Source: Octopus bimaculoides (lineage: Eukaryota). From it: 64,000 nucleotides of DNA. Below the pieces are notes generated by a model. That model ran no database searches and had not been told where the DNA came from. It saw only the letters and a program-made list of their open reading frames with translations. The stretch spans positions 19,604,558 to 19,668,557 of the forward strand of contig NC_068993.1 of the NCBI RefSeq assembly GCF_001194135.2, given 5' to 3'. Positions 11,808 to 25,410 of this stretch are shown in pieces; position 1 is the first letter of the stretch, and every line of letters starts with the position of its first letter. Made by a program: the position numbers and the translations under genes.

Positions 11808-12389
11808 AGGGTAAAGGTTTATCAATTTATTAATTTATTAATAAATCAACAATTAATAATGTTTACCAAGCCCTTCGGTATGTAAACACCATTATCGGTG
11901 GAGAACTTATTTAAAAGTTCTTATACATTTATAAACATAATTAAGGGATCAGCANNNNNNNNNNNNNNNNNNNNNNNNNNNNNNNNNNNNNNNNNNNNNN
12001 NNNNNNNNNNNNNNNNNNNNNNNNNNNNNNNNNNNNNNNNNNNNNNNNNNNNNNNNNNNNNNNNNNNNNNNNNNNNNNNNNNNNNNNNNNNNNNNNNNNN
12101 NNNNNNNNNNNNNNNNNNNNNNNNNNNNNNNNNNNNNNNNNNNNNNNNNNNNNNNNNNNNATATATATATGATTGTTTCATCTGGACAGATGATAGCCGT
12201 CCCGACACACACATCACAACCAATCACGCAATACAATCCCTCTGTTGATGAGCCTCTAGATGTCTATTAAGTCCAGATACTGTCTTACAAGGTTTTTGAC
12301 ATATGACAGAAGTCGTAAGAGGTGATTGGTGTCAAAGATCATTACCTATCTAGGCATCACAGTTTCCATGACACTTCATATAATTCACT

Positions 12390-12775
12390 ATCCTGCCATT
12401 GACAACAGAACACGGTCAAATATAATACATATCCAATGATCAATGTTAATTACAGTTCCAATTGTTCCTTTGCGACAGGTCCTTTTAAGTTCAGAGTGCT
12501 GAATCATTTTCCCCTCCCAGGAATTGCAACCAGTCCTAACAGCACCTCGCCACTTGTTCCTACCTAGAACATAATTTTCCCAATCACTTTTGTCCATATC
12601 TAGTTTCTTCAGGTTTTCTTTCACACAGTCTTTATACCTTTTCCTCGGCTTATGCTGTGGTCGCTTACCAGAATTGAGCTCACCATAAAAAAGACGCTTT
12701 GCCAAACGCTCGTCTTTCATTCTAATAACATGTCCAGTCCGTCTCATTTATACCAAAATAACGTTGTTCAATTGG
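12390..12775 (-). pseudogene. RTE-clade LINE ORF2 C-terminal fragment
   Basis: MRRTGHVIRMKDERLAKRLFYGELNSGKRPQHKPRKRYKDCVKENLK...WE...RNKWR matches the RTE/BovB-type C-terminus (RW.GHV.RM.D.RLPK.LFYGEL..GKR..G.P.KRYKD.LK). Confidence 0.88.
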
Positions 12776-12794
12776 ACTGCAACTTGACATGTGC

Positions 12795-12950
12795 AAAAGC
12801 TCTGTTTACCTGCAAAGCAAAGACTTTAAAAATACATGTCAGAGAATTAATTTATGCTGATGATACTGATTTGTTGGCACACTCAGTGGGGGATATGCAA
12901 CATTTAATAGACAGATTTTCCACTGCATGTGTACATTAACTTTGGATATC
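12795..12950 (+). pseudogene. RTE-clade LINE RT catalytic fragment (YADD), inverted relative to the adjacent C-terminal fragment
   Basis: KAKTLKIHVRELIYADDTDLLAHSVGDMQHLIDRFSTAC matches the RTE RT region around YADD. Confidence 0.85.
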
Positions 12951-12966
12951 CTTGTTGCTTATTTTG

Positions 12967-13044
<78 letters not shown>

Positions 13045-13149
13045 NNNNNNNNNNNNNNNNNNNNNNNNNNNNNNNNNNNNNNNNNNNNNNNNNNNNNNNN
13101 NNNNNNNNNNNNNNNNNNNNNNNNNNNNNNNNNNNNNNNNNNNNNNNNN

Positions 13150-13185
<36 letters not shown>

Positions 13186-14363
13186 CTTATGTACATATGT
13201 ATATATACCCGTATATGATGTAAAGACGGTACAAATAAAATAAACAACACCATGAAGATGAAAGTTCGAAAAATTTGATTTCACTTTACGCTCATGAGTT
13301 AGGATAATGTTTTAATGTTTCGAACATATGTCTTCCATCTGAAAGAATGTAGCAGACAGAAATTATGATGAAACATTAGTGAGTGTATAACAGAAAACCA
13401 ATTACAAAATAGCATTTCTCTTATTTTAGCATAAAACCGCTAATTTTAGGGGATGGGCCAAGCCAATTACATCCACCACCTCAGTACATGACTGATACAT
13501 TTTTCTTTTTATTTTGGAAGGGTGAAATACCAAATTGACTGTGATTTGAGCTCACAATATAAAGAGCCAAGAGAAATGCCGCTAAGTACATTGTACTACA
13601 CTGCTGAAAATTTACGTGATGCCATAGCATCTATCCCCTTTGTTTCGCATGATAGTTCTATTTTAATACCTTATTTTGTATTTATGTATAATCAAAGAAA
13701 ATCCTTGATGTTAGGGCCTCGACATCACTGCATTCTAAAGACTGAAATCAGTAAATGCATTAAAAAAGAACTATGTATGTGTATGTGTGTGTTTGTGAGG
13801 TGTTTGTGTCTGTGTATTATTTTCCTTAGTTCCTTTTATTTGCGTTCGTTTGTTTGTTATGGAGTAAACATTTCTAGTATATGTGCTTCTTTGTTGGCAT
13901 TTGAATATGTTGACTATTTTTTTTCTATCTATTGTTATAATCTGAAAGTTACACCTTTATATTCAATTTTTAATTAAGTGACTTGTATATTGCAAGTTAA
14001 TTAATCTGCAACACGATGTTTTTCACAGAGCATCATTTGGGGAGAAATTTTTATTAATTACTAGACAGAGATTTATATAATACGCGTGTCGTGTGATGTG
14101 GTGAGAGTAGTAGTAGTAGTAGTAGCAGTGGTGGGGGTGTTGGTGTTGGTGTTATTTATGCTGTTGTTGTTGTTGTTGTTGTTGGTAGTGGTGGTGGTGG
14201 TGTTGATAGTGTTGAAACTGATATCTGTGTACGAAATGTAATCTTGTACATCGTTTACATCATATCTGTTAATGTCTGTTCATTAAATAATCATTTTACT
14301 TTTTTATGAATAATTTATCTTCGTAGATATTTACTTTATATGTATATATGTATATGTATATGT

Positions 14364-14397
<34 letters not shown>

Positions 14398-15368
14398 ANN
14401 NNNNNNNNNNNNNNNNNNNNNNNNNNNNNNNNNNNNNNNNNNNNNNNNNNNNNNNNNNNNNNNNNNNNNNNNNNNNNNNNNNNNNNNNNNNNNNNNNNNN
14501 NNNNNNNNNNNNNNNNNNNNNNNNNNNNNNNNNNNNNNNNNNNNNNNNNNNNNNNNNNNNNNNNNNNNNNNNNNNNNNNNNNNNNNNNNNNNNNNNNNNN
14601 NNNNNNNNNNNNNNNNNNNNNNNNNNNNNNNNNNNNNNNNNNNNNNNNNGAAAAAAATTACACTATATATACATACGTTCGAGCGCACGTATGTGTATGT
14701 ATGGTAGTGGTGAGGTAATAATTAGTTCTTTGTTTTGTGAGTCAGCTATAGTGTTGCATTATTTGTTCCGGATCTGTGAGTTATCTGTTCAAATCCGGCC
14801 GAAGTGAACTTTACCTTTCATTCTCTCCGGGTGGGTTGGCTGAATTTTAATATAAACGCAGGAGTTCTCAATAGAGGAAAGAACATAAGGATAACTTATA
14901 TAAATTTTGAAGTTTATAGCGGGTAAAGTATCGAACTTTGGTACATAACTGTATAAATGAAATACAAGAAGATGCTACCACTATAAATGATCTTTCCGAT
15001 ATAATTCCATAAAAAGAAGCCTTTTTTCAAACACTCCTTTCCCTGTATATCTCCGAATCATTTATATTTTAAGATATGTACGATACCAAAAAGAAACGTA
15101 CCAATTCATTTGAACATGAACATCTGATCTCTTCATTTCCTCGCCCTCGGAGAATAACTTTTCCCTTAAAGCGATGAATCAGTGAATCACGTATTTTATG
15201 AACACACATCGCTTTAATGGAGATGTCTTCAGATAACGAATAACAACAACGATCAGATATTTGCTTTCGAATGAGCCAAACCGTGAACAATGAACAGACA
15301 AGTTATTCTTTGGATTCTGGCTGTTCCATGGGCACCCATCAGCTATTAATGGAATGTCTCTTTTAAGT

Positions 15369-15788
15369 TACTCTTTTACTCTTTCACTTGTTTCAGTCAG
15401 TTGCCTGCAGCCATGCTGCAGCACCGCCTTTAGCCGAGCAAGTCGACCCCAGGACTTATTCTTTGGAAGCCTAGTACTTATTCTATCGGTCTCTTTTACC
15501 GAACCGCTAAGTTACGGGGACGTAAACACACCACCATAGGTTGTCAAGCGATGTTGGGGGGATAAACACAAACACACAAACATATACACAAACATACATA
15601 TACACATATATACATATATATATATAACGGGCTTCTTTCAGTTTCCGTCTGCCAAATCCACTCACAAAGCTTTGGTCGGCCCGAGGCTATAGTAGAAAAC
15701 ACTTGTCCCAGACGCCACGCAGTGGGAATGAACCCGGAACCATGTGGTTGGTAAGCAAGCTACTTACCACGCAGCCACTCCTGTGCCT
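15369..15788 (-). mobile_element. SINE family B, full length
   Basis: Head GGAGTGGCTGCGTGGTAAGTAGCTTGCTTACCAACCACATGGTTCCGGGTTCATTCCC. Same body and tail as 10523. Confidence 0.9.
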
Positions 15789-16315
15789 TCGTTTTTTTTT
15801 TTAATTTTTATTTGCTTTTGTTTACATGACGACCATCTTCTATTTCAATTGCGGATCAGTTGATAACAATACGTTTTGAATAATATCAGCAACGTAGAGC
15901 ACTGGTATTGGTGCGCCTGTACGATCTTCACTTCTGCTACATAAGCTACACGTATTATGCGTATTGTGTGTCCTAACAAGTGAGAAATCTTAGGAAATTA
16001 TGGTATTTCTGTGTCACTTCTGCACGTAATACCTCCAACTCCACCACAAAATGAACCAAGACATGAGGTGTGAGGTTTCTCATCAGAAAAGATATTTGCT
16101 CAATGAAGCCTTACAGTGTGGTTGAGGAACGCATTTCCCAGATTTGCTTCCTTCTCTTACTGCGAAATGTATCTCATTTTATATGAACGACAGAGATCCA
16201 GCGACAACAATCACCCAAGATGACTTGTGTGCTTCATTTCACCTATTTTAAGCTGTCCGAAATCCACTCTGTCGGAAATCACCGTAAAAGTATTGGACAT
16301 GTGTTCTCCTTCTCA

Positions 16316-16346
<31 letters not shown>

Positions 16347-16570
16347 NNNNNNNNNNNNNNNNNNNNNNNNNNNNNNNNNNNNNNNNNNNNNNNNNNNNNN
16401 NNNNNNNNNNNNNNNNNNNNNNNNNNNNNNNNNNNNNNNNNNNNNNNNNNACACACACACACCCTTCTCTCTCTCTTTCTATCTTTCTCTAAGTTCTTAC
16501 TTCACTAGTATAGGTTCTTCATTCAGCTGCAAGTTAGAGGTTCAAACAGGTAAATGCTGTTTACCAAGAA

Positions 16571-16620
<50 letters not shown>

Positions 16621-16989
16621 GAGATGTTGTTTACTATGCGTTGACTACTTTTCGCTAAGACGGCTTAATAAGTTCAAACTTATCCGTAGTTTTCATCATA
16701 GCTACAAAAGATCCGATTCGCCTTATTAAAACTTTTATCAATTCAAGTCTTTGAGAACTTTAATTCTTGAATTCTGAAACATTAAATTTTAACCTCCTTA
16801 AATACCTTATGCATACACGCACGTATATACACAAAGACGCACGCATGCCCAGACTAAGGCTACTACAGTTTAACACCAGTTTATGACTCTAGGAATCTCG
16901 AGATTTGAGTTGAGCTTCTGACAAATAAAATGAAGTAAAAAATAAAACAGCAGTAGGGCCCAGAAGTACTTGCACATCAAATTTTATAA

Positions 16990-17240
16990 AGACTAACATT
17001 TCGGCGAAACGAAGGTGACATTCTAAATCTTTTAAGCCTTTTAACTGAAAGCCAACTGTTATGTCTCAACGCTACTGCTATCTAGCACCTTCGGATGATC
17101 TCTACTCAACTGCTATACAACTGCTACTCGTCTACTGCTCAACACTACCACGGCCAGTCTACCTCTATTTATATGTCTTGTGAGATCCTACTTCTTCGCC
17201 TGGGGGCGTCGACACAACACCAACAAAAACAGACAAGATA
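16990..17240 (-). mobile_element. Possible decayed PLE terminal repeat
   Basis: On the minus strand, ATATAAATAG (TATA-like, ~17165) lies upstream of AGGC...GCC-GAAATGTT-AGTC, resembling the 3' half of a minimal HHR. The 5' core is unrecognisable. Confidence 0.3.
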
Positions 17241-17458
17241 GTCAGAGAATGAATAGAGTGTAAGCATCATGTGACAGTATCCTTCTTCTCCGTCCTTTTA
17301 TATTGACGTGGAAATATGAACATGCATATTGAAATGCTATTGGATGGCTGTTCACTCTCTTCTGTACAACTGCCCTTTTCTCTTGCAGAGTGTACAATAT
17401 CCCTCGTTCTCACCGAGCATGTTCCTGCTGCTACGTTAGTCACTAAAGGCCTGACAAT

Positions 17459-17621
17459 GACGGGCTTCTTTCAGTTTCTGTCTACCAAATCTGCTCACAA
17501 GGCTTTGGTCGGCCCTAGGCTATAGTAGAAGACACTTGCTCAAAGTGCCACGCAGTAGAACTGAACCCGGAACCATGTGGCTGGTAAGCAAGCTATTTAC
17601 CAGAGCCACTCCTGCGCCTAT
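17459..17621 (-). mobile_element. SINE family B, 5' half
   Basis: Homologous to the head and first domain of 10523 and 15369. Confidence 0.85.
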
Positions 17622-19312
17622 AGATATTGTGTACATTTTATTCAAGGATATCAGAGTTATTTGAACTCACACACAAATGATTGTTAATTAGCCAAAAAAA
17701 TGTTAATTAGAGATATTTACTACTTCTGTCGCTACGGTGAAATATTGATTTCGCTGATGACATCTAATAACACCAAAACATGTCCATAATTTTCTGCAGT
17801 ATTTTTTGAAAGAAACAATGTTTCATTAATGAAGTCATATATTACTTTATTGTTGCATAAGTACGTAGTTGGCTTTTTTAAAATTTTCATTGCATTGAAG
17901 ATATAAGCTCAATCTTATTATTATAAATGTTTCGGCTCTCTCCCAACTAAACCACTTCAACAATAACAGTTTTATTTAAATTAAAGGCTAGATTTTTTTT
18001 TTGTTCCACTACTACATTTCATAAATGTGTGAACCCGATTCAATCTTAAGTCTACGAGTCGTAAATGTGTGAAGTATTGGCAAAGAAAGACATCATTAGC
18101 AATAATAACTGAGTTGGATAATATTCAAACGTCAACAATAAATCATAATGTATACTTCAAACAATGATAAACAATCTCTCTTCATGTATGCGAAAATTTC
18201 ATATATTTTTTATCATTATTCAGTTATATTTAATAATTCTGCAAAGAATCCAATTTTTGGCAACATTCACAAATTTTCAGATAGTGATTTTCAACGAACT
18301 ATAAACATTTCTAAGACCGTGTATTTATATTTACCTCTGGGTGTAAACATATATACGTCATGGGTTACGTTTCCATTATAACTTATATAATCTACAAATG
18401 TATTACCATTAGTTTATCCTTTTGCTGAGAGGATATATATACATATACATAGACATATATATGTGTGTGTATGTGTGTGTGTGTGTGTATAGTATATATA
18501 TATGTGTGTGTATATATATGTATATATATGTATGTATGCATATATATGTATATAAATATATATATATATATATATATANNNNNNNNNNNNNNNNNNNNNN
18601 NNNNNNNNNNNNNNNNNNNNNNNNNNNNNNNNNNNNNNNNNNNNNNNNNNNNNNNNNNNNNNNNNNNNNNNNNNNNNNNNNNNNNNNNNNNNNNNNNNNN
18701 NNNNNNNNNNNNNNNNNNNNNNNNNNNNNNNNNNNNNNNNNNNNNNNNNNNNNNNNNNNNNNNNNNNNNNNNNNNNNNNNNTATATATATATATATATAT
18801 GCATTCCTATGCATACATGTATGTGCGTGTGCGTGTGTGTGTGTGGTATGGTAAGGCGAGACAAACTAGGATGTTTATTAAATATATTATTATTTAATAA
18901 AGTGGTAAACTGCGAAACACATGAAACCGAGTTAGTAAATGATTGAGAAGGGTTGAAAATCATTACTTGATGTCTTGTTAGTGGTATGCTTAAGGTTGAG
19001 TTGATATGAACATTAAATTCATGTTTTCGACTTTTACACAAAACTATATGCAGAATTTCTATTTCCTTTTCATAATAGTTTGAAAGGAGAAACAGCTGGG
19101 ATCCTGAGAACTAAATACATTGGAATTATAATATCGTCCCCATAAGCCTTTAGTTAACACCCTGCAGGGTCGAATTCATCTTTCCTCACTCAGGATCAAT
19201 CGATATCTCTATGGCTAGCGCTAGTAATTTGCTTTTTTTTAAATGCTTAGAATAGAATTAGCAGATGTTATTGGCAGAAATGCGGCAGATTCGAATCTGA
19301 AGATCATGGCTC

Positions 19313-19317
19313 TACTA

Positions 19318-19348
<31 letters not shown>

Positions 19349-19419
19349 CGCTGTTGCTACTACTACTTGAACTACTACTGTTGTTGCTGCTACTACTATC
19401 TCTACTATGACTACTACTA

Positions 19420-19450
<31 letters not shown>

Positions 19451-19521
19451 CAATACTACCACTACTGTCGTTGCTGCTGCTACTACTACTACTACTATTA
19501 CTACTATCACCACCACCACCA
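19313..19521. repeat. (ACT)n/(GCT)n/(ACC)n trinucleotide mosaic
   Basis: Direct reading. Confidence 0.93.
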
Positions 19522-19702
19522 ATGAAAATGACAATTTTATGTACTTCCTGAATTGCAAATTACTTCACTTTTTAATGAACGAATGCAGATTGCTGAAAAG
19601 CTGGGTGAATGCAAGAAGTGCATCAATCAATAAACAATGTCATCAAATGTTACGCAAGGAAATTTTGGTTAATCAGAGTCCAATACAAATAGCTAAATTG
19701 TT

Positions 19703-19920
19703 CGTTTCTATTCTAGGCACAAGGCCCGAAATTTTGGGGGAGGAGGAAATTAGATTAAATCGACACCGCTACGCAACTGGTACTTAATTTATCAACTCCG
19801 AAAGGATGAAAGGCAAAATCGACCTCGGTGGAATTTGAACTCAGAGCATTAAGACAGGTGAAATACCGCTAAACATTTCGCCCGGCGTGCTAACCATTCT
19901 GCCAGCTCGCCACTTTAAAT
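19703..19920 (-). mobile_element. SINE family C with 14-bp TSD
   Basis: Head GGCGAGCTGGCAGAATGGTTAGCACGCCGGGCG, B box GAGTTCAAATTCC and core TTTCATCCTTTCGG. TSD ATAGCTAAATTGTT at 19689-19702 and 19921-19934. Confidence 0.9.
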
Positions 19921-20023
19921 ATAGCTAAATTGTTACAACAAACAAATTACGCATCATTCGAAATTACATTAATCGCTTTGTTTATATTTCTGAGTAAATT
20001 GCAGAAAATATAAAACAGCGAGA

Positions 20024-20235
20024 GGCGGTGAGCTAGAAGAATCGTTAGCACACCGAGTGAAATGCTTAGCGGTATTTCGCCCGTCTTGACGTTCTGACTT
20101 CAAATTCCGCCGAGGTCTACTCTGCTTTTCATTGTTACGGGATCGATTTGATAAGAACCAGCTGAGTACTGTAGTCGATGTAATCGACTTATCCACTTCC
20201 CTGAAATTGTAAACCTTGTGCTAAAATTTGAAATC
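20024..20235 (+). mobile_element. SINE family C with TSD
   Basis: GGCGGTGAGCTAGAAGAATCGTTAGCAC...TTCAAATTCCGCCGAGG. TSD AATATAAAACAG at 20007-20018 and 20236-20247. Confidence 0.9.
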
Positions 20236-20735
20236 AATATAAAACAGAGAGAAAGTGAATGCTTTGAGAATATACGAGATAACCAGTCATTTCGAACTGT
20301 CGCGTAATTAGATCTTATTGATTCTGTATTGGATGTTGTGTTTAATTTAGCAGCTATTCCCCTCAAGACGGATAGATTTTCGGTGTGGTCCTACCTTATC
20401 AAACCTCGTCTAGTGTTGCTGATGGTGAGAATAGCGTTGTTTGAAACGAAGCTGTTACAGATTGTTTTCATGGATCAAGGTCAGACAAATCATCATTCTC
20501 TTATTATCGTTAGGATACACTCACACACACACACACACACGCACGCGTGCGCGCGTGCAGTTGCATACATACATGCATACATACATACATACATACATAC
20601 ATACATACATACATACGTACGTATATACATACATACATAGAAGCTATTCAGTGCAAACACCGATTAGTTTCCTTGACGCAATAACAATTCGTATTTGAAA
20701 CCGAATATATTCGACTCACGTCATCAGTGACGTGA

Positions 20736-20792
<57 letters not shown>

Positions 20793-21679
20793 TGTGTAGA
20801 GAAAAAAAAATACTGTTATTATAATATACCAACATTTTTTTCAGGAAAATACAGAAGCCCTGAGAAAAACATGATCGTCACAAATTATTATTATTATTAT
20901 TATTAGTAGTAGTAGTAGTAGTAGTAGTAGTATTTCTTTTCTTTTATCCACGTCAAAAATCATTTCATGTACAGCCTTATCAATGAAACCAAAGTTAATT
21001 GTTTTGTTTGCTTTGAGATATTGTAGCATGTACAGTTATGAGAGATATTCGGAATATAATTGTGGTGTTTACTGTCATACTGATATTGTCCATTATTTCT
21101 GTGTGGTAAGTGTGTTGGCAAAATAATGTTGGTGAGAGACGTAGCAAAATATATAAAATCACAGCGTAAGAAGCCTGCAACACGGTTTCTGATTTCGTTA
21201 GGAATTAATACATTTTATTCACGCTAGTAATTCATAAGCTTGACTGTCGTAACATGAATTTTATCTCATTTAATAACTTATAATCTGAAAATAATATGTA
21301 ATACTATTTTCGTTGCTGCTCTCATTATATAAAAAGAATATTTACGATCGTACGCGCGTAGAATATTTTGTCCTGATAGTGTAGAGAATATTCCAGTTAT
21401 TATTAAGGTCATCTTACCATTCATTTCCTGTTGTGGAGAGACGGGTTATATCGCATTTGACTCCTGCTTACGTTCAAAAATAATAATGAACATTAAACAG
21501 AATACATTTGATAGCTATATATACATATATAAACATGTACTTAGACATACATTAATGCACACATGCACATGTAATAGGCTCCTTCACAAATTTCATCAAA
21601 CACTCTCTACTCAGAAGCTACTGGTCAATCTGACAATACAGGAGGCATCTGCACAAGGTGACACACTATGTGTGCGGAT

Positions 21680-21717
<38 letters not shown>

Positions 21718-24367
21718 GTGTGTGTGTCTATACATACATGCGTACATATAAAACTTGAATATGTCACTCTAAGGAGTAAAAATAATCTCTAACATAACTC
21801 GATATAACATCCTTATTATATGTTCCTCGTTCAGTCAACGTCCATCATATCTTGCATTTTAAAATGCTTTAACTCTGTATAAAATATCCTTAGTGTGTTT
21901 GATTTACTTGAGCGAAAGAGTCTGCTTTTCTCTTCTTTGTTTCCTCAGATATCTCTTACTTATATTTATATTATCTGTTGCAAGGATTGATCAGGCGATA
22001 GTGGTCATTTTTCGCATGATATAAAATTAACAATGAAGCTTCATCTTTAATTTGAAGTCAATTTCTTTTTGGCTTTTTAATATATCTTCTGTTATGTTCA
22101 TGAACAAGTTACTAATGTATGAGAACTACGGCTGCTATTACTCTTCTTGAAATTATTCTACCAGTGTTAACTATGCTGTTCATATTAAAGTATTATATTT
22201 GTGATAAATTAATGATCGAGAGTATAACAGGAATTTTTATTTAAGTTTAGACATTATACATTTTACATCTGGCCTTGTCTTTATATACAGATAATAAAGC
22301 AAAAACGGTCACTTACCAGTGGTTTTAATTTATTTATTCGCTAGATCAAGAGATATAGCTTAATTTAAACGAACTATTGTCACTTTGGATATGTCCACTA
22401 TATTTTGTAAATTGAAAGAAGTCTAAAGGACGCATCTTCCATCTAGAAAAACGGGTTAAATTCTTAGTGCTATATTATCTAGACCAACTCTGTTTTCGGC
22501 AATATTACGAGATATTACTATACAGAGAAATACATGGTAAAATAGATTTTCTAGAAAGCAATTCAACATTTTGAGGTGTTTGCATTTTTCATTAGGAATC
22601 ATGTTTTAGAGCTCTGCAGAGAGTATTTTCCTTTTAATATTGGATACAAATAACGAATGTAAATTGATGGAATCGTTTGAGCGTTAGACATAGCACATAA
22701 CATTGTATGGTATTTGATATGGGTCTTTGCGTTCTGATTTAAAATCCCTATCGAGATCAAGTTTGTCTTTCAACCTTCAGGAGTCAATAAAATATATTAC
22801 CAGACATGTGCAGTGATCAATTTAATTAAATAACGCTTCCCACTGTTATACTGGTAACTTTACCTATGATAGAAATTGTATTGGGCATTGATATGAGACA
22901 GGCACAGATTTGGCTCGATGGTTAAGAAATTTGTTTTACAACACCATGTTTCCGAGTTTGACACCACAGCGAGCTATCTTGGTTGTGAAATATTTTTGGT
23001 CGTATAAGTTGATTGACAAAAGTTTTCAGAACACGCCAGAATGTATGTATGTATGTATGTATGCATGTATGTATGTATGTATGCTTGCATGTATGTATGT
23101 ATGTATATATTATGTATGTATGTATGTGTATTGATGGATATATATAAATATATATATATANNNNNNNNNNNNNNNNNNNNNNNNNNNNNNNNNNNNNNNN
23201 NNNNNNNNNNNNNNNNNNNNNNNNNNNNNNNNNAACAATATATATATATATTGAACAAAACCCCTACAAATTAGAAATCATTAAACAAATATTAACCTTA
23301 CGAGAATTAGAATCCCTCTGAAAGACAATATATACAGTTGTAAGTGTGTATAAATGTTTGTGTGGTTGTGTAAGTACGTATTTGTATGTATATGAGTGTG
23401 AATCTCTGGCCTGCAAGCTAGGGATGTTAGTATTGCATAACAAGGATTTGGTAAATAATGGCCAAGAAATTAAATAGTTGACTGAAATAATCATTCAGGG
23501 TCGATATATTTCCCTAAAAACCATAATGACACTGACCATAAGGGTGACGAACAAATATATTATTGGTGACAGTTAATGTGGTGGCACTGCTGGTGTTCTA
23601 ATGATGGTTGTTCTAATGAAAATAACGACAATAATGAATTGTTAATAATTCTGTTCGATCTGTCATAGTTTTCACTAGTTTACGATCCATTTATCTTATT
23701 TCCAGATAATTTAATAAATGTCGATAACTTACAATTGCACCAGATATTAGTTATTGATAATTTTAATTTTCACTCATGTTTATGTGTTAAACACACAAAA
23801 CATCCACATGAATAGATTCATATTTTCATACTTTCACACATACACATATACAGACACATTCAAACACATTTAAACACATTCAAACACATTCAAACACATT
23901 CATATGCACACACGCACACTCGTACGCACACTTACACACAAATACACACGCACATATACACACATATCTTTTATAGACTTCTGTAGACATTTATCAGTAT
24001 TCCTCATGTTACTAAAATCAAACGGCCATTTTCATGAATTTTAGTAACTTGCCAAATATGAAAGAATTTATCTTTTATTAAAATAATTAAACTTCAAAAT
24101 TTGCTGTATTTTTAATAATGACATAACAATTCACCCACCATACGCCAACTAGATGTAAACTCTGGTAAAATTACTTAATTTCTTTCTATTTTTCTTTGTT
24201 AATAGTTTATTTCAAACTTAACTATCGATTTTTGGCCCTTTCCGATTATTGATGTTCGGTAGCCATCAGATATGTACAGTGACATATTTCCAAAGCGAAA
24301 CGTTAAAACTGGTAATTGGTACTGCCACAGCTGTTGCTATTTTTAGTCATTAATATTATTTACAGGT

Positions 24368-24369
24368 TT

Positions 24370-24452
<83 letters not shown>

Positions 24453-24474
24453 TTAAAAGAAGTCATTGCTGCTG

Positions 24475-24530
<56 letters not shown>

Positions 24531-24538
24531 GCTGCTGC
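24368..24538. repeat. (TAT)n and (CTA)n/(CTG)n trinucleotide repeats
   Basis: Direct reading. Confidence 0.95.
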
Positions 24539-25410
24539 TTGTGGTTAACTAATTTCGTTTCTGTGAAATTCTGTAAAGGAGAAAAAAATATTTGGTTGTT
24601 TTATGCCTCTACTTTGTAATTAAAACATATTTCAAGTGCAAATATAAAGAAGTGTGTAATTTATGCCTTGGTGTGATTTGATCAACTATTTGACAGCAGA
24701 AACGCTCATTAGTTGAAATGGGAAGTAAATTGAGAAGTGTGTGTATATGTGTGTGCGTGTGTGTGTATATGTGTGTGCGTGTGTGTGTGTATGTGTACGT
24801 GCATGTGCATGTACGGGTATCTATAAGAATTGTGGCATAATAAAAAAAATAACATGATAAAAATAATAAAACTAGACAGAAAGTCTCAGTGAACCAGGTG
24901 GCTGAGATGTAGACATACATTTATTCGAATACTGCACTCAATGTTGCAGAAATTTCGTAGTCAAAGGGTACACATGGTACTAGCTTCTTGGGTAGGAATT
25001 ATCAAAGGTTTTTGAAAAGCTATAATAATGCAGCGTATAAGTATGTGAGTGTTTCGTTACCAAAATATTCCGATTGCAAATTCTGTTAAAAGGACAAGAC
25101 TAATAAAATGGTGTTCTGTCTAAGGAGAGAAATGTCTTACAGTTGTTTAGCACCTTTAAATTAGTGTAACCCTTCAAAATTCATACTATTTTGTCAAATT
25201 TAATGATTATTTAAGCATATTGTTTTGAATTTATCATGCATTATCTTGTAGCTTCAAGATATTGATGACGTGATTTTATAATTTTAGAACGTCAATGTAG
25301 ACTAGCCGTGCGAGACTAGAAGTAGCTAGTATGAACAGAAAAAACAAGTAAGGTATTTTGACTGGATATTGCTTGTTTAAATGATAAAGGTTTAAAATCC
25401 AGCCTAGATG

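Noticed and set aside
16080-16086. Isolated CTGATGA/CTGAAGA matches (16080 minus, 55381 plus, 63651 plus)
   Set aside because: No compatible stem II, GAAA, NUH and stem I arrangement was found.
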